From IMG/VR virus record IMGVR_UViG_3300046314_000711: a DNA stretch of 64,000 bases; one strand, 5' to 3'. The notes beneath the pieces are model-generated. The model ran no database searches and had not been told where the DNA came from. It was given only the letters and a program-made list of their open reading frames with translations. A program made the position numbers and the translations under genes. Position 1 is the stretch's first letter. Every line of letters starts with the position of its first letter. Below are positions 39,311 through 49,914 of the stretch, piece after piece. The stretch is from a virus.

Positions 39311-39933
39311 AGTTAGCACAGTTGTTGGAAATGCCAATTATAAAACAGACCGAACTTGATGTAAAACCTGTTCGACCGTTTTACTCTGTTAATACTATCC
39401 AGCGAAATTTCGATGTAGTGTACAGAGGTCGAAAAAATGATGGACAGGAATATTGGTGCGTGCTCCGAAAAAACCTTCACATTGCATCGATTGGATTAGT
39501 TGGCCAACGCGATGATGGTATGCACGGACTAGACGTTATTGGAACGGTTGAGTTTAAACCATCTACAATGTTATCTGGGCGGAAAGAATTTGATATTCCG
39601 AGTAATGTACTACAAGTTGGATTAGTCGAAATTGGACCAAGACGTCAGTCTCAAGGATGGGGGATGCGTTTGTACACCGCTCTTGCAGATGTGGGGTATA
39701 CGATCATTAGTGACAACACTCAATACATTGGCGGACAAGCGTTGTGGAAACGTATTGCCAGTGCTACTCTACACAACCACTACAAAGTGTATATTATCAA
39801 AGACGGTGAGCCACTCGTTGATGAAAAAGGTGAATTAGTTACGTACGATGGTAGTAATATTGATGATGCTCGACTTTGGTCCACCAACTCTGATACCAAA
39901 TACACTCTTTTTGCTTTAAGGAAAGCTCTGTAA
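39307..39933 (+). CDS. GNAT-fold-like hypothetical protein
   Basis: QSQGWGMRLY...ISDNTQ..GG.ALWKR; similar to 44505-45158. Confidence 0.55.
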   Translation: MKLAQLLEMPIIKQTELDVKPVRPFYSVNTIQRNFDVVYRGRKNDGQEYWCVLRKNLHIASIGLVGQRDDGMHGLDVIGTVEFKPSTMLSGRKEFDIPSNVLQVGLVEIGPRRQSQGWGMRLYTALADVGYTIISDNTQYIGGQALWKRIASATLHNHYKVYIIKDGEPLVDEKGELVTYDGSNIDDARLWSTNSDTKYTLFALRKAL

Positions 39934-39980
39934 ACTACTACCGAACTAAAGATTCGGCAGTTTCACGCTGCTCAAACTAA
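39930..39980 (-). mobile_element. IS605-type mini-element (TAM TTCAT)
   Basis: Minus strand TTCAT|TTAGTTTGAGCAGCGT-GAAA-CTGCCGAATCTTTAGTTCGGTAG-TAGTTTAC; guide GAAA matches TCAT. Confidence 0.7.
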
Positions 39981-40529
39981 ATGAACACAAATATTGAACA
40001 CGAACTCAAATATACAATCGATCTGCCAAGCTTCTATGCCTGGGCACAACCGTTTATCACCCGTGGGTTGATTACTACACGAATCATTCGCCAGTGGTAC
40101 CTACCAGATAAAGTTGCTAATAACGGCGTCGTTCGAATCCGCGAGACCTTGCGTCCAAATGGTGAAACAGAACTTACTCAGCTTACAATCAAAGTACCAA
40201 CTGACGACCCAGCTATTCGGGGTGAATTTAACTTTAATGCAACTCACGATTTTAACATTGGACAGTTCATTGATGTGCTTGATATTGCAAAGCACGGGGT
40301 AATTAAAGATCGATGGAACATTACATCAGCACTGTACGGTCGCCGGCCTGGGAATAATGTCGAAGTCGTCGTCGATTTCTTTTCTGACAATGGTACCACG
40401 ACTGGTATTCTTGAAATTGAAAATCCACCTAAAGATTGGGTCCCACCCGCTTTCGTCACCCAAAATGTAACCAATGATCTAACATACACTAATTACGCAC
40501 GTGCAGTTGACCCCAATCGCACAATGTAA
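39981..40529 (+). CDS. CYTH-domain protein
   Basis: N-terminal EHELKY, VRIR, LTIK, LEIE, YTN. Confidence 0.8.
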   Translation: MNTNIEHELKYTIDLPSFYAWAQPFITRGLITTRIIRQWYLPDKVANNGVVRIRETLRPNGETELTQLTIKVPTDDPAIRGEFNFNATHDFNIGQFIDVLDIAKHGVIKDRWNITSALYGRRPGNNVEVVVDFFSDNGTTTGILEIENPPKDWVPPAFVTQNVTNDLTYTNYARAVDPNRTM

Positions 40530-40584
40530 TATCATGACCTGGTCAGTTCATTAACCTTTCACGAAACATTTATAGGAGACTTAT

Positions 40585-41112
40585 ATGTCCACAATCAACG
40601 CAAACACTGCTAGCATCACTCCAACTAACTGGCGCGACAAGCTGTCAGTTATCAATGAGTTTAAGCTTTCGAATGCTGCTGCTGTCCAAGTGTTCAACAC
40701 AACAGAGTCAGAAATCCAAACTGCACGAGGACTCGTCGAAAAGGGTCTGATGACGATCCCAGCACTACACGCCGACGAGCGTGCGAAGTGGGAGCCAATC
40801 GTTGCAAATACTCGTTCCGCAAAACCAGTTATCGCTTCTCAAACTTCTATCACCATCGCACCTACAGCAGTCAAGACAGCTGTGCCTCGAAAACCTGCAA
40901 TTCAAGGCGCGAAACGTGGTCGCACAGGCAGCAAGATTATCACTGCATTAAACGCAATCCCAACTACGCCTCAACCAATCGACGCATTCATTGCCGCGCA
41001 TGGCATCAGCAAGACTGTCTTGCGCCAAAGCAAACGCTTCCTGGATTCCGCCATTAAGGTATCGATCAAGAAGGACAAAGCTACCGGCGTTGAAATGATC
41101 TGCCGCAAGTAA
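40585..41112 (+). CDS. Hypothetical basic protein
   Basis: AGGAGA RBS; upstream TTGACC promoter. Confidence 0.65.
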   Translation: MSTINANTASITPTNWRDKLSVINEFKLSNAAAVQVFNTTESEIQTARGLVEKGLMTIPALHADERAKWEPIVANTRSAKPVIASQTSITIAPTAVKTAVPRKPAIQGAKRGRTGSKIITALNAIPTTPQPIDAFIAAHGISKTVLRQSKRFLDSAIKVSIKKDKATGVEMICRK

Positions 41113-41114
41113 TT

Positions 41115-41390
41115 ATGGAAAATCAACACAAGTTAATCAAAGGTTTCAGAGACCTTACGCAAACTGAAATTGATCTAATGAACCGGATCAAAGCGTTCGG
41201 TCCACAGTTGCAGGACCTAGTGAATGATGTTCATCAACACCTCTACACCCAATATGATAATGGAGATCGAGACGAGTGTGAACGGATTAAAGCTGCGAAT
41301 CCAATTAAGTGGTTGCAAGAAGGTACACTCGACTTGCAAAAAGGTTTGATGTCAGTGACACGTGCAGTAGCGCAACCAACGTCCTTCTGA
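41115..41390 (+). CDS. acb2: Anti-CBASS cyclic-nucleotide sponge Acb2
   Basis: MENQHKLIKGFRDLTQTEIDLMNRIK...LQKGLMSVTRAVAQPTSF closely matches Acb2 as I recall it. Confidence 0.85.
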   Translation: MENQHKLIKGFRDLTQTEIDLMNRIKAFGPQLQDLVNDVHQHLYTQYDNGDRDECERIKAANPIKWLQEGTLDLQKGLMSVTRAVAQPTSF

Positions 41391-41439
41391 ACTACCTTCA
41401 GCCATACGTAAAAGAGCCCTTTGAGGCTCTTTCCTATTA

Positions 41440-43278
41440 CTACAGATTCATTACCCAACGCTGTTTACCACAATCGAAAATTTGGTACCATTTTGCTCGT
41501 TTAGTGTTTTCAGTTTCACTCATCGTTGGATCATACGAATCCCCTAATATCTTTGGCAGCCGAGAATGTCTAAAATTAAATTTATGAATTAATTCAGCCC
41601 CTTTAGTGTAATAGTAGTCTGGAGGAATCGTAGCCTCAAGAGTAAACCCAGTTTTTTCGTATAAATTCCCATCGCTCCACCTCAAATCAGCGAATGATAC
41701 AATCCGTGTCCACGATTGCTGATTAATTGCGTATTTTAGTAGCTTTGAAAACCCACCTACTACTCTACAACTGGTTGCGTATCGATTTAGTGTAGCTGTA
41801 TTTCCATTGTCACTAATAATAAACCCCATCACTGCAACTGGCGTGCCACACTCATCTTGTAGCGCTATGTTATAGCTAGATGGGCCATTTCCTTGAATAT
41901 GATTGACTTCGAAAAAATCTCGCTTCTCATCTGCAGTAATTGACGATACTGTTGTTGTTCTACCATACACAACTTTCCTCGCATCAAGTCCAAGTATGGA
42001 CTCAATCTTTAATTCACATATTCTCCTAGTATCAATCCACTCATTTGAAAAAATTGTCAATAATCTAACACCCTTTGTTCGGCATTGATCCATTTTGTGT
42101 TTGTGGTATGATGGAGTAATCCGTTCTTGTGAAGTTGAATGCCAATATAACCCACAATATTCAATTGCAAGATTGTAATCAGGTAAAAAGATATCTATTT
42201 GTTTTGGTGACACTAAAGTTCGATCATTTTCGATAATATTGGAAATGCCTAAAGACTTAATAAAATTCAAAACTTCATTTTGTTGAGCAGTCTTGAACTT
42301 GTGTTTAATTGCTTTAATGCCATACAGTTTGAAACGGTTAGATACCGTTTCCTTATCAACTCCTATTAAAGTAGCAAGTTGTTGCTTTGTGAGCTTGTGG
42401 TTATAGTGTTGGTCGTACAACCAGTCGGGGTTATTTAATCTTGTGTCTGTATTTTTATTTCCAGGAACGTTGGGGATAGGGTTGGTTATCTTGTCTAATT
42501 TAGCCAATTTATGAGCTTGTTGGGCCATGCTAAACTGATTGGTACAGTCTGCACACCATTTTTTAAGCTTTCTCGTATCAAGATTCGCAGGGCGTTGACG
42601 AGTCATGCACTTCGGGCATGTATTATTAGCATATCGCGATCGTATTGACAATTCTTGCACTGTAATACCTAAATCTGTCGCTTCATCGATTGCAGTCTGC
42701 TGAGCTGCGATCTTTGCATCATACTTTGCCGGATCGATGACATATGCAATTCGTTCTTTAATTTGGTAGCTTACAGGTAAATGCTCTGTATACTGCTGTA
42801 TATTGTGATATAAGCATGGATAAGCAACCTTAAATCCGTTAAACATATCAATTGTTGGCAATAGTTGCAACTGGCGTTTAAGCTCTTCTAGTGGCAACAC
42901 AATTGATGACTGATGCTCATCATATATTTGCCGACAATATGTGCTGCAAGTTGTGTATTTGTTTCGTTTAAGTCGATTATTGCACACTGCACAAGTCTTA
43001 AACACGGTTCTATTTTGTGGCTTGGGTGGGCTGCACTGCCTGCTGCAGTATTTACGATATTGTTGAGTTACAATGTTCCAGTTCACGGGAGATGTACACA
43101 TATCGCATTGTGGGACAGCGAATGTGCTACTAATGTGATGCCACAACCGCTGTGTGGATGATGCATCACTGGGTAAGAAAGCAGTAGTATCTTTAAGATA
43201 CTGATAAAATTCAGGTTCTATTTTCGATAATGCATTTGTTCCTCGGGTAGAGTACTTCTGGATGAGTTTTGTAAACAT
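41440..43278 (-). CDS. Hef-like/PD-(D/E)xK homing endonuclease with zinc-finger repeats
   Basis: IDIFLPDYNLAIEYCGLYWHS; SFADLRWSDG; YCSRQC. Confidence 0.8.
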   Translation of the reverse strand: MFTKLIQKYSTRGTNALSKIEPEFYQYLKDTTAFLPSDASSTQRLWHHISSTFAVPQCDMCTSPVNWNIVTQQYRKYCSRQCSPPKPQNRTVFKTCAVCNNRLKRNKYTTCSTYCRQIYDEHQSSIVLPLEELKRQLQLLPTIDMFNGFKVAYPCLYHNIQQYTEHLPVSYQIKERIAYVIDPAKYDAKIAAQQTAIDEATDLGITVQELSIRSRYANNTCPKCMTRQRPANLDTRKLKKWCADCTNQFSMAQQAHKLAKLDKITNPIPNVPGNKNTDTRLNNPDWLYDQHYNHKLTKQQLATLIGVDKETVSNRFKLYGIKAIKHKFKTAQQNEVLNFIKSLGISNIIENDRTLVSPKQIDIFLPDYNLAIEYCGLYWHSTSQERITPSYHKHKMDQCRTKGVRLLTIFSNEWIDTRRICELKIESILGLDARKVVYGRTTTVSSITADEKRDFFEVNHIQGNGPSSYNIALQDECGTPVAVMGFIISDNGNTATLNRYATSCRVVGGFSKLLKYAINQQSWTRIVSFADLRWSDGNLYEKTGFTLEATIPPDYYYTKGAELIHKFNFRHSRLPKILGDSYDPTMSETENTKRAKWYQIFDCGKQRWVMNL

Positions 43279-43403
43279 AGTAAGTTGGGGTTGGTCATCT
43301 ATTTATGCGATCGCTTGGATGCAATCTCGCTGATCTAGAGGGTACCCATTGCCGACAGAATGGTAACTAAGTATACTAATATTTTATGAGGTAATATGGT
43401 ATT

Positions 43404-44372
43404 ATGCAAAAAATTAAAGTATGTGAAGTATTTGGGCCAAGTGGTTACTGGGAATATGTGTTGGGTGAGGATGGGGGGATAGCCTCAACATATCGCGACC
43501 GACCAGGTGTGACACAAGGCGAAGGTCTCTTCATTGGACAGCGTTCTACATTCATCCGCACTTTCGGCTGTAATCTCGCGTGCCCGTCCTTCGGTCTCCC
43601 ACATGGTGTGAAGACGAAAGAGCCTGACGTGATTGGCGCCAATGTACAAATGTACAAGAGCATTGCTCAACTCCCTGCTGCACAATACGGTTGTGATAGT
43701 TATTTCAGCTGGCACCCAGATTTCAAAGGGTTGGCACCAATGCTAACCACAGAAGAACTTGCGGCTCAAATCTTGGAAGCCAGTGACGGATCATTCTTCA
43801 AGTTCCCTGTCAATCCAACTCATCTGATCTTTACAGGTGGTGAACCAATGCTTGGCTGGCAACGTGCGTATGTCGAACTCGTTGAAGAGATTCGTAAGCA
43901 GGATCCTGTGTGGTCAAAGCACCCAGAACTCGTGTTGCCAGTAACTTTCGAGACGAATGGCACTCAGCATTTAATGGTTGATAAGAAGACTGGTACCATC
44001 TTCTTGGAAGATTTGGTATCGCTATGTGATATTACATGGAGCATTAGTGCAAAGTTGTCTCCGAGTGGTCACACTGCTGAGGAGGCAATCAAACCTGACG
44101 TTGTTGCAGAATATTTGAGTATCGCTCACACAGCTGCGTACTTTAAATTTGTAATCCAATCACCAAGTGATTTAGATGAAGTCGACGATGTAGTGTTGCA
44201 ATACAGTAACGCTGGTGTAGATATCCCTGTCTACATTATGGCCGAAGGGGGTACTGCGAGTGAATACAACAAACACTCGACTGTAGAACTTGTTGGTGAA
44301 GCGGTAAAACGCGGTTACAACATCACACCGCGACTACAGGTTCTAATTGGCGACAACAGCCAAAGCTGGTAA
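43404..44372 (+). CDS. queE: QueE-like radical SAM (7-carboxy-7-deazaguanine synthase)
   Basis: QGEG, FIRTFGCNLAC...GCDS, FTGGEP, ETNG. Confidence 0.85.
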   Translation: MQKIKVCEVFGPSGYWEYVLGEDGGIASTYRDRPGVTQGEGLFIGQRSTFIRTFGCNLACPSFGLPHGVKTKEPDVIGANVQMYKSIAQLPAAQYGCDSYFSWHPDFKGLAPMLTTEELAAQILEASDGSFFKFPVNPTHLIFTGGEPMLGWQRAYVELVEEIRKQDPVWSKHPELVLPVTFETNGTQHLMVDKKTGTIFLEDLVSLCDITWSISAKLSPSGHTAEEAIKPDVVAEYLSIAHTAAYFKFVIQSPSDLDEVDDVVLQYSNAGVDIPVYIMAEGGTASEYNKHSTVELVGEAVKRGYNITPRLQVLIGDNSQSW

Positions 44373-44504
44373 TATGACCCTAACGAAGATTAAACTCGAT
44401 TCAGGTAATAGAATGCTCAGAATCGGGTTTGGTAAAAATAACGGAGCTTGGTTTGCAAGAATTGACCTCTGGTATTTCGGTATACGACTCACAAAATTGG
44501 TAGC

Positions 44505-45158
44505 ATGAACCCCCTTTACCAGTCACGTCTGTGCGTACCAACACTGGATAATCGACAGGATTTTATAACATCCTGGCTAACAGAAGCGCCGTCTGGGACA
44601 GGTAACTCTGGTGGCGATATGTTTGGGCCGCTAGCATACGCAGTTCGTGATAGAGTTGCGTATGGTAGCAAAGCTGTTGACCTGGCTAATGGGTATAAAA
44701 AAATCATTGGTACAGAGACTGCATACTACTGGCATGAACAAAACGGTGAAATCGATATCGTAGTTGAGTTGTCGATAACTCCACAAACACTAGTAATAAC
44801 TGGGGTAGGAAAACGTGCTGGGGGTGCAACACGCGCAACTGAACTGTATTTAACAATCATTCAAGACACCAAGTGTGCAGTGCGGTTAATGAGCGATGAT
44901 TTGTTGTCTGATGCGGGGTTAGCTGTTTGGAAAAGGTTGCTGGGTGCTGGTCACACGATCTCCGTTTACGATGGGAGTAACCCAAATACTGGGTTGATTT
45001 CTTTACACACCGAGCAGGAGCTGATGCAGTACTTTCGACTACACGATAACTCATACAAACGATTTCGGTACATATTGACGGAAACCGGTACTCACACTGG
45101 TGAAGTTAGATCAGTTTTCAATACCCGGCGGATGCGATTTTTAGCAGGAATTCTATAA
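44505..45158 (+). CDS. GNAT-fold-like hypothetical protein
   Basis: LY...MSDDLLSDAGLAVWKRL. Confidence 0.5.
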   Translation: MNPLYQSRLCVPTLDNRQDFITSWLTEAPSGTGNSGGDMFGPLAYAVRDRVAYGSKAVDLANGYKKIIGTETAYYWHEQNGEIDIVVELSITPQTLVITGVGKRAGGATRATELYLTIIQDTKCAVRLMSDDLLSDAGLAVWKRLLGAGHTISVYDGSNPNTGLISLHTEQELMQYFRLHDNSYKRFRYILTETGTHTGEVRSVFNTRRMRFLAGIL

Positions 45159-45687
45159 TTATGTCGTGGAATAATGTCTTACCTTGGTGGATATACGAAC
45201 TCGAACACGAACACTTTTTAGCAAGTGCTGCGTGTGCGTTCGAGGGTGAGTGGTTTGCTGGTACGTCTCGTGCTATGCCTGACTACGTGATACGCACATC
45301 TAAAGCAACGCTATCAAGCTGGAAGTTTGGTGGGTGGAACTATAACTATAGTGCGGAAGAAATTAAAGAGCTCAACCAATTACACAACACTTCAACCTCT
45401 CAACCTGACTGGTAGCAACCATTGCAAATCATGTTATACAATACTGACAATAATACAACTGCCACAGAACTGCGTACTATGATTCACTTTCTAAAAATAA
45501 CGGTCCAAGAGAAAAGTAAAGGTGAAGATTACCGAGCATTTCTTGACTGGGCGGATTCTAAAACGATGACAGTGTTTCAGCTCCGTGGATACGGAGACAC
45601 TCCAGGTAAAGCTGCTGATGATGCAAATGCCAAATACGAAGACGAAGACGATCGAGATTCATATATTGCAGATCAGTGGGGGTGGGA

Positions 45688-47073
45688 ATGAACGAACGGA
45701 TTAAGGAACTTGCGTACATTGCTAAGTTGGATGACCATATGGTATGGGCCAACGGTGGTACAAAATTACCAGACGATATGGTAAAGTTCGCTGAGTTAAT
45801 TGTGAAAGAATGTGCTTTATACGTTGTGGACAAGGGTATGTTAGCTGGTGGTGGCTGTACTACAGTAGGTGAAGAACTACTTCATGTGTCGGAAGGCTTG
45901 AAGAAATATTTCGGAGTTAAAGAATGAAACCTTGCCCATTTTGTGGACACACTGTCGATCTCGAAAACGGAGACACGGTTTACCCTAATAGTATTGGCTG
46001 GCGAGACAATAATTTCGGACGGTCTTACCACTCGTTCAGAGAAGTGCCACGAGAGCAGTGGTGTTACAGCATGCACTGTCCTACAACCAGTGGTGGGTGC
46101 GGATGTGAAATGTCAGGTGACACCAAACAAGAAGCTATTGACAAATGGAACACACGAGCGTGAACGAACGCCTTCTCGAACTTGCCAGACAGGCAGGACT
46201 AAAAAAACCACACGGCAGTGATACCGAATTTCTCGCTGATTTTGACTGGCGAGATTTTGCAAAGCTCGCAATCAAGGAGTGTTCGGAACTAACCCTCGAC
46301 TACAAAAATGATGATCACTATAACGGTTGGTTAGATTATCGAGACGAAATACGCAAACACTTTGGATTGGATTGAAATGGTGTATACAGAAGGAACAAAA
46401 TTAGTTTGCAATGATGTCAGCGGAGTTGTTGTACCAAATACAAAACTGCCAAATGATATTTGTGTATTGTGGGAAGGCTATACCACTAGCATTTCGTATG
46501 ACAAAGAATGGCTAAGTGAATTCGCGAAGGTAGTTGAATAATGACATACGGACCAACCATTCGCAACAGAGCGAGTATCTGTACTTGGGATCTGCAATTT
46601 AGGTTCTACGACAAACAGCAATGTGCTAAATTCATTACTGCGTTTATGGCGCTCGAAGTGTCTGGTGCTGACAACATTAAGTACAATGTGAGTACTGGTG
46701 ACAGTATCGTACTTGACGAGCACTGGGTAACAATAGACGGCGGAGTGTGGGCAAATAACTTGTCAACAATTGCTAAACTACTAGAAGATGTTGATTACAA
46801 GGAGCTACCAGAGTGAACGATCGTATTAAACAACTTGTTAAACAGGCTGGGCTGAACGTCGACGGGTATGGCTATCCAATCTGGGGGTCGCTGGATGGTG
46901 AAGACGCAAAGAAACTGTTTTTAGAAAAGTTTGCCGCGCTGATTGTGAAAGAATGTGCTAAGATTGCTGATGATGGTTGCGGGTCAGCGTGTTTCGGTCT
47001 CGGTATTAATGGTGTTATGTTGGAAGAACATTTTGGAATTAAAAATGAAAGAAGAACTGCGGCGCGTTCGTGA
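45688..47073 (+). other. Cluster of small genes including three MNERIKELA-type paralogs and a Lar-like zinc-ribbon gene (45924-46163)
   Basis: NERIKELA/NERLLELA/NDRIKQLV...FA.LIVKEC...FG shared; MKPCPFCG...AIDKWNTR. Confidence 0.65.
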
Positions 47074-47584
47074 AAGTTCCGAGCGATTGGGGGCAACGAT
47101 CGCTGAATGGGAGCGAAAGTTTGGATCTAGATCAACGCGGCCTAATGAGACTTATCAAAAGATTGATGACATCGCTGCGTACCTTAACTATCTCCGCAAT
47201 GAGTTCCCAGACCAGACCGTTAGCGACTTGATTATGCAATCACCTCGTGCAGTACTAGAACGTAAGTATGCACAACTTTTGTTACTTTCACAGCAATTGA
47301 TCGATACCCCCAATTACATCTTAGGAAAAGAAAATGGCAACTCATATTGATATAGCTGGAAAACTTGTTCATGACTACCTCCACTCCGAATTTGTGTGGG
47401 AAGGTGAGATCGTCCAACTAACGGGGCGTTACGCTGCACCAATTGCTCCAACTGGACACCAACCAACAATTCAGGCTATTATCGGAACGATACAAGTTGA
47501 AGTTAAAATCCAAGACAAGGATGCTCCAATTGTCAAGTGGGTCGACTTCAAAGAACTAAAAATCGTTAAGGACGCTGTCGAAAA

Positions 47585-48367
47585 ATGAAAATCGGTATTA
47601 TTGGGTACAACAATGTTGGCAAAGCGGTGGAGTACGGATTCAACTCACCTAATAATCAGTTCATTATCGTGGACGAAGCTCTCACTAGCACAACTGTAGG
47701 AGATGCAGTAGACACGGATGTTGTGTTTGTCTGCATCACAACAGACGACACCAAGCAATTAGAAACTATTGACTTAACCAAAGCACTTGTGCAACTGGTT
47801 GGGTTGAAATATAGAGGGCTGGTATTCGTCAAGAGTATGCTTCCGCCCGGAATTGTAGATACCAATCAATGGAAACAAATTCGACGCGATTTACAGTTGG
47901 TCATTAATCCAGACAATGTTGGTGAGTATCAACCAAACCGCACCTTCGTCGAATCGCCAATGATTATCCTTGGTGCAGACAATCAACAACTGATTGATGA
48001 TGCTAAAGCGATATATGAACACAGTAATGTTGTTAAGAAGTGGTTTATGGAGATGTCGCTAAATGAAGCGATATTAATGAAGTTGTTTACAGACACATTC
48101 TTAGCCACGAAGGCGTCACTGATTGGTGAGTTTAGTCAGATGCTCGGCAAGTTCAGTGACCGTGATTGGAACGAGTTTGCTTGCATGATGACCCATGATC
48201 CTCGCATTGGCCGATCGATGACAGAAATACACGGTCAACCAGGGTACAGTTCAGTACACTACCCAGCTATGATGTTCACGTTCGCTCGGACAGCTATTCA
48301 ATCGCTAACTATATCAGGAACAGCTTCTGGTGCCATGGTATCAAATACGCTACTAAAAGCAAAATAA
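47585..48367 (+). CDS. Degenerate UDP-glucose/GDP-mannose dehydrogenase-like protein
   Basis: KIGIIGYNNVG, VFVCI, KS, FLATK, DPRIG; catalytic GGxC replaced by GYSSVHY. Confidence 0.7.
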   Translation: MKIGIIGYNNVGKAVEYGFNSPNNQFIIVDEALTSTTVGDAVDTDVVFVCITTDDTKQLETIDLTKALVQLVGLKYRGLVFVKSMLPPGIVDTNQWKQIRRDLQLVINPDNVGEYQPNRTFVESPMIILGADNQQLIDDAKAIYEHSNVVKKWFMEMSLNEAILMKLFTDTFLATKASLIGEFSQMLGKFSDRDWNEFACMMTHDPRIGRSMTEIHGQPGYSSVHYPAMMFTFARTAIQSLTISGTASGAMVSNTLLKAK

Positions 48368-48511
48368 CACATTAAATGTTGTATACACATCAAATATTTG
48401 TTATAAATAGGTATGTTCCGTAAGAAATCCGTCTTGCGGTTCTTTTTAAAACATTGGTAATATTATCAGTTTGTTGGTACCGTACAAACCATCTTTTTAA
48501 AGGAAATCATT

Positions 48512-49546
48512 ATGGCAATCGCCAAATCTAAATTCGACATCTCTCGTGCACGCGCTGCTTTCTCTAAGCAGCCAGGTAATCAAAACTCAGACCGCCCTTC
48601 TTACTACCCTTTCCACAAGCTACCAGAAAACAAAAGCGCTACACTGCGTTTCATTCCTGATGCCAACCCCGACAATGAACTCGGCTTCCTACTCGAACGC
48701 CGTATGCATGAGTTGTTAGTGGATGGTGAAAAGACGCGTGTTGCATGTCTTGAAATGTACGGGGATAAGTGCCCAATCTGTGACCTATCTCGTCAGTATT
48801 ACAAAGCAAAAGATACTGTCAATGGGAAGAAGTATTGGCATAAAAAGGACTACATCAGTAAAGCAATCGTCGTAAAAGATGGTCTGCCACCTGATCCTGA
48901 AACTGGTGAAACGTATATCGGTAAGGTTGTTGTGGTTAACCTCGGTAAAACTCTATATGACATTATTGCTCACAATATCAGCAGCGGTGACTTAGGTGAA
49001 GATCTACCATGCGACACCCAAAACGGTTTCGACTTCATCATCACTCGTACGACCAAACCTGGTCCTAATGGTGAAAAGTGGTCTGACTACGGTCTGTCTA
49101 AGTTTGCTCGTGCCCAACGCGCGCTAGAAGATGAAGAAATGGCACTGCTTGAATTTGAAGATGATAATGGTAATACACCTAACTTCATTGACTTGTCCAC
49201 AATGCTTCCAAAGAAGCCTGACATTGAATTTGTCGAGAACACACTTGAGATGAGTTTGGGTGGCGGTTCTCGTAGTGATGACGAAGATGAAGATGCTCCA
49301 GCTCCACGTGCAGCTCCAAAAGCCGGTTCAGCAGCATCCAAGTTCGGTCAAAAAGCTGCCCCTCGTGCTCCTGTAAATGAGGATGACGAAGATGATGTAC
49401 CTGCACCGCGTGCAGCTCCAAAACCAGCTGCAAAGCCTGCACCTAAAGCAGAAGCACCTGCTGAAGATGATGAGGCAGAAGCTGAAGCATTCTTGGCTCA
49501 AATCCGCGCAAAGCGTCAAGCTGCTAAGGCGGCCGCAGACGAATAA
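48512..49546 (+). CDS. gp32-like single-stranded DNA-binding protein
   Basis: LRFIPD, CLEMYGDKCPIC, GFDFII; acidic and Ala/Pro-rich tail. Confidence 0.85.
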   Translation: MAIAKSKFDISRARAAFSKQPGNQNSDRPSYYPFHKLPENKSATLRFIPDANPDNELGFLLERRMHELLVDGEKTRVACLEMYGDKCPICDLSRQYYKAKDTVNGKKYWHKKDYISKAIVVKDGLPPDPETGETYIGKVVVVNLGKTLYDIIAHNISSGDLGEDLPCDTQNGFDFIITRTTKPGPNGEKWSDYGLSKFARAQRALEDEEMALLEFEDDNGNTPNFIDLSTMLPKKPDIEFVENTLEMSLGGGSRSDDEDEDAPAPRAAPKAGSAASKFGQKAAPRAPVNEDDEDDVPAPRAAPKPAAKPAPKAEAPAEDDEAEAEAFLAQIRAKRQAAKAAADE

Positions 49547-49629
49547 TCAACGCATCTAGTTGATCACCACCCAGGAATGTTTTACTATGTTCCTGGGTGT
49601 ATTAGTTTTTACAGTAGGAAAATATAACT

Positions 49630-49896
49630 ATGGCAAAATTTGCTTTTTTAAAGGACTTTGAGAAAGAAATCAAAGACCTAAAATCCGTTGGTGGAGATGT
49701 TGAAATCGGTCGCTATTGGGTATCATACGGCAACTTCGTATTGAATCGTGTATTGAGTGGCGAGTTCACAAAGGGTATTGCTCAAGGCACAGGCGCATTG
49801 GTTGCAGGATTTTCAGGCTGTCTACCAGCCGGGGAAAAAGTTACTGTGTATAAAATGCGAACGATGACAGGTAAGACTGACGTCAAGCATGAATAA
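49630..49896 (+). CDS. uvsX: UvsX/RecA N-extein fused to a 25-aa split-intein N fragment
   Basis: SYGNFVLNRVLSG...VAGFSG|CLPAGEKV... Confidence 0.85.
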   Translation: MAKFAFLKDFEKEIKDLKSVGGDVEIGRYWVSYGNFVLNRVLSGEFTKGIAQGTGALVAGFSGCLPAGEKVTVYKMRTMTGKTDVKHE

Positions 49897-49914
49897 TAAC
49901 AAAAAGGAATTAAT

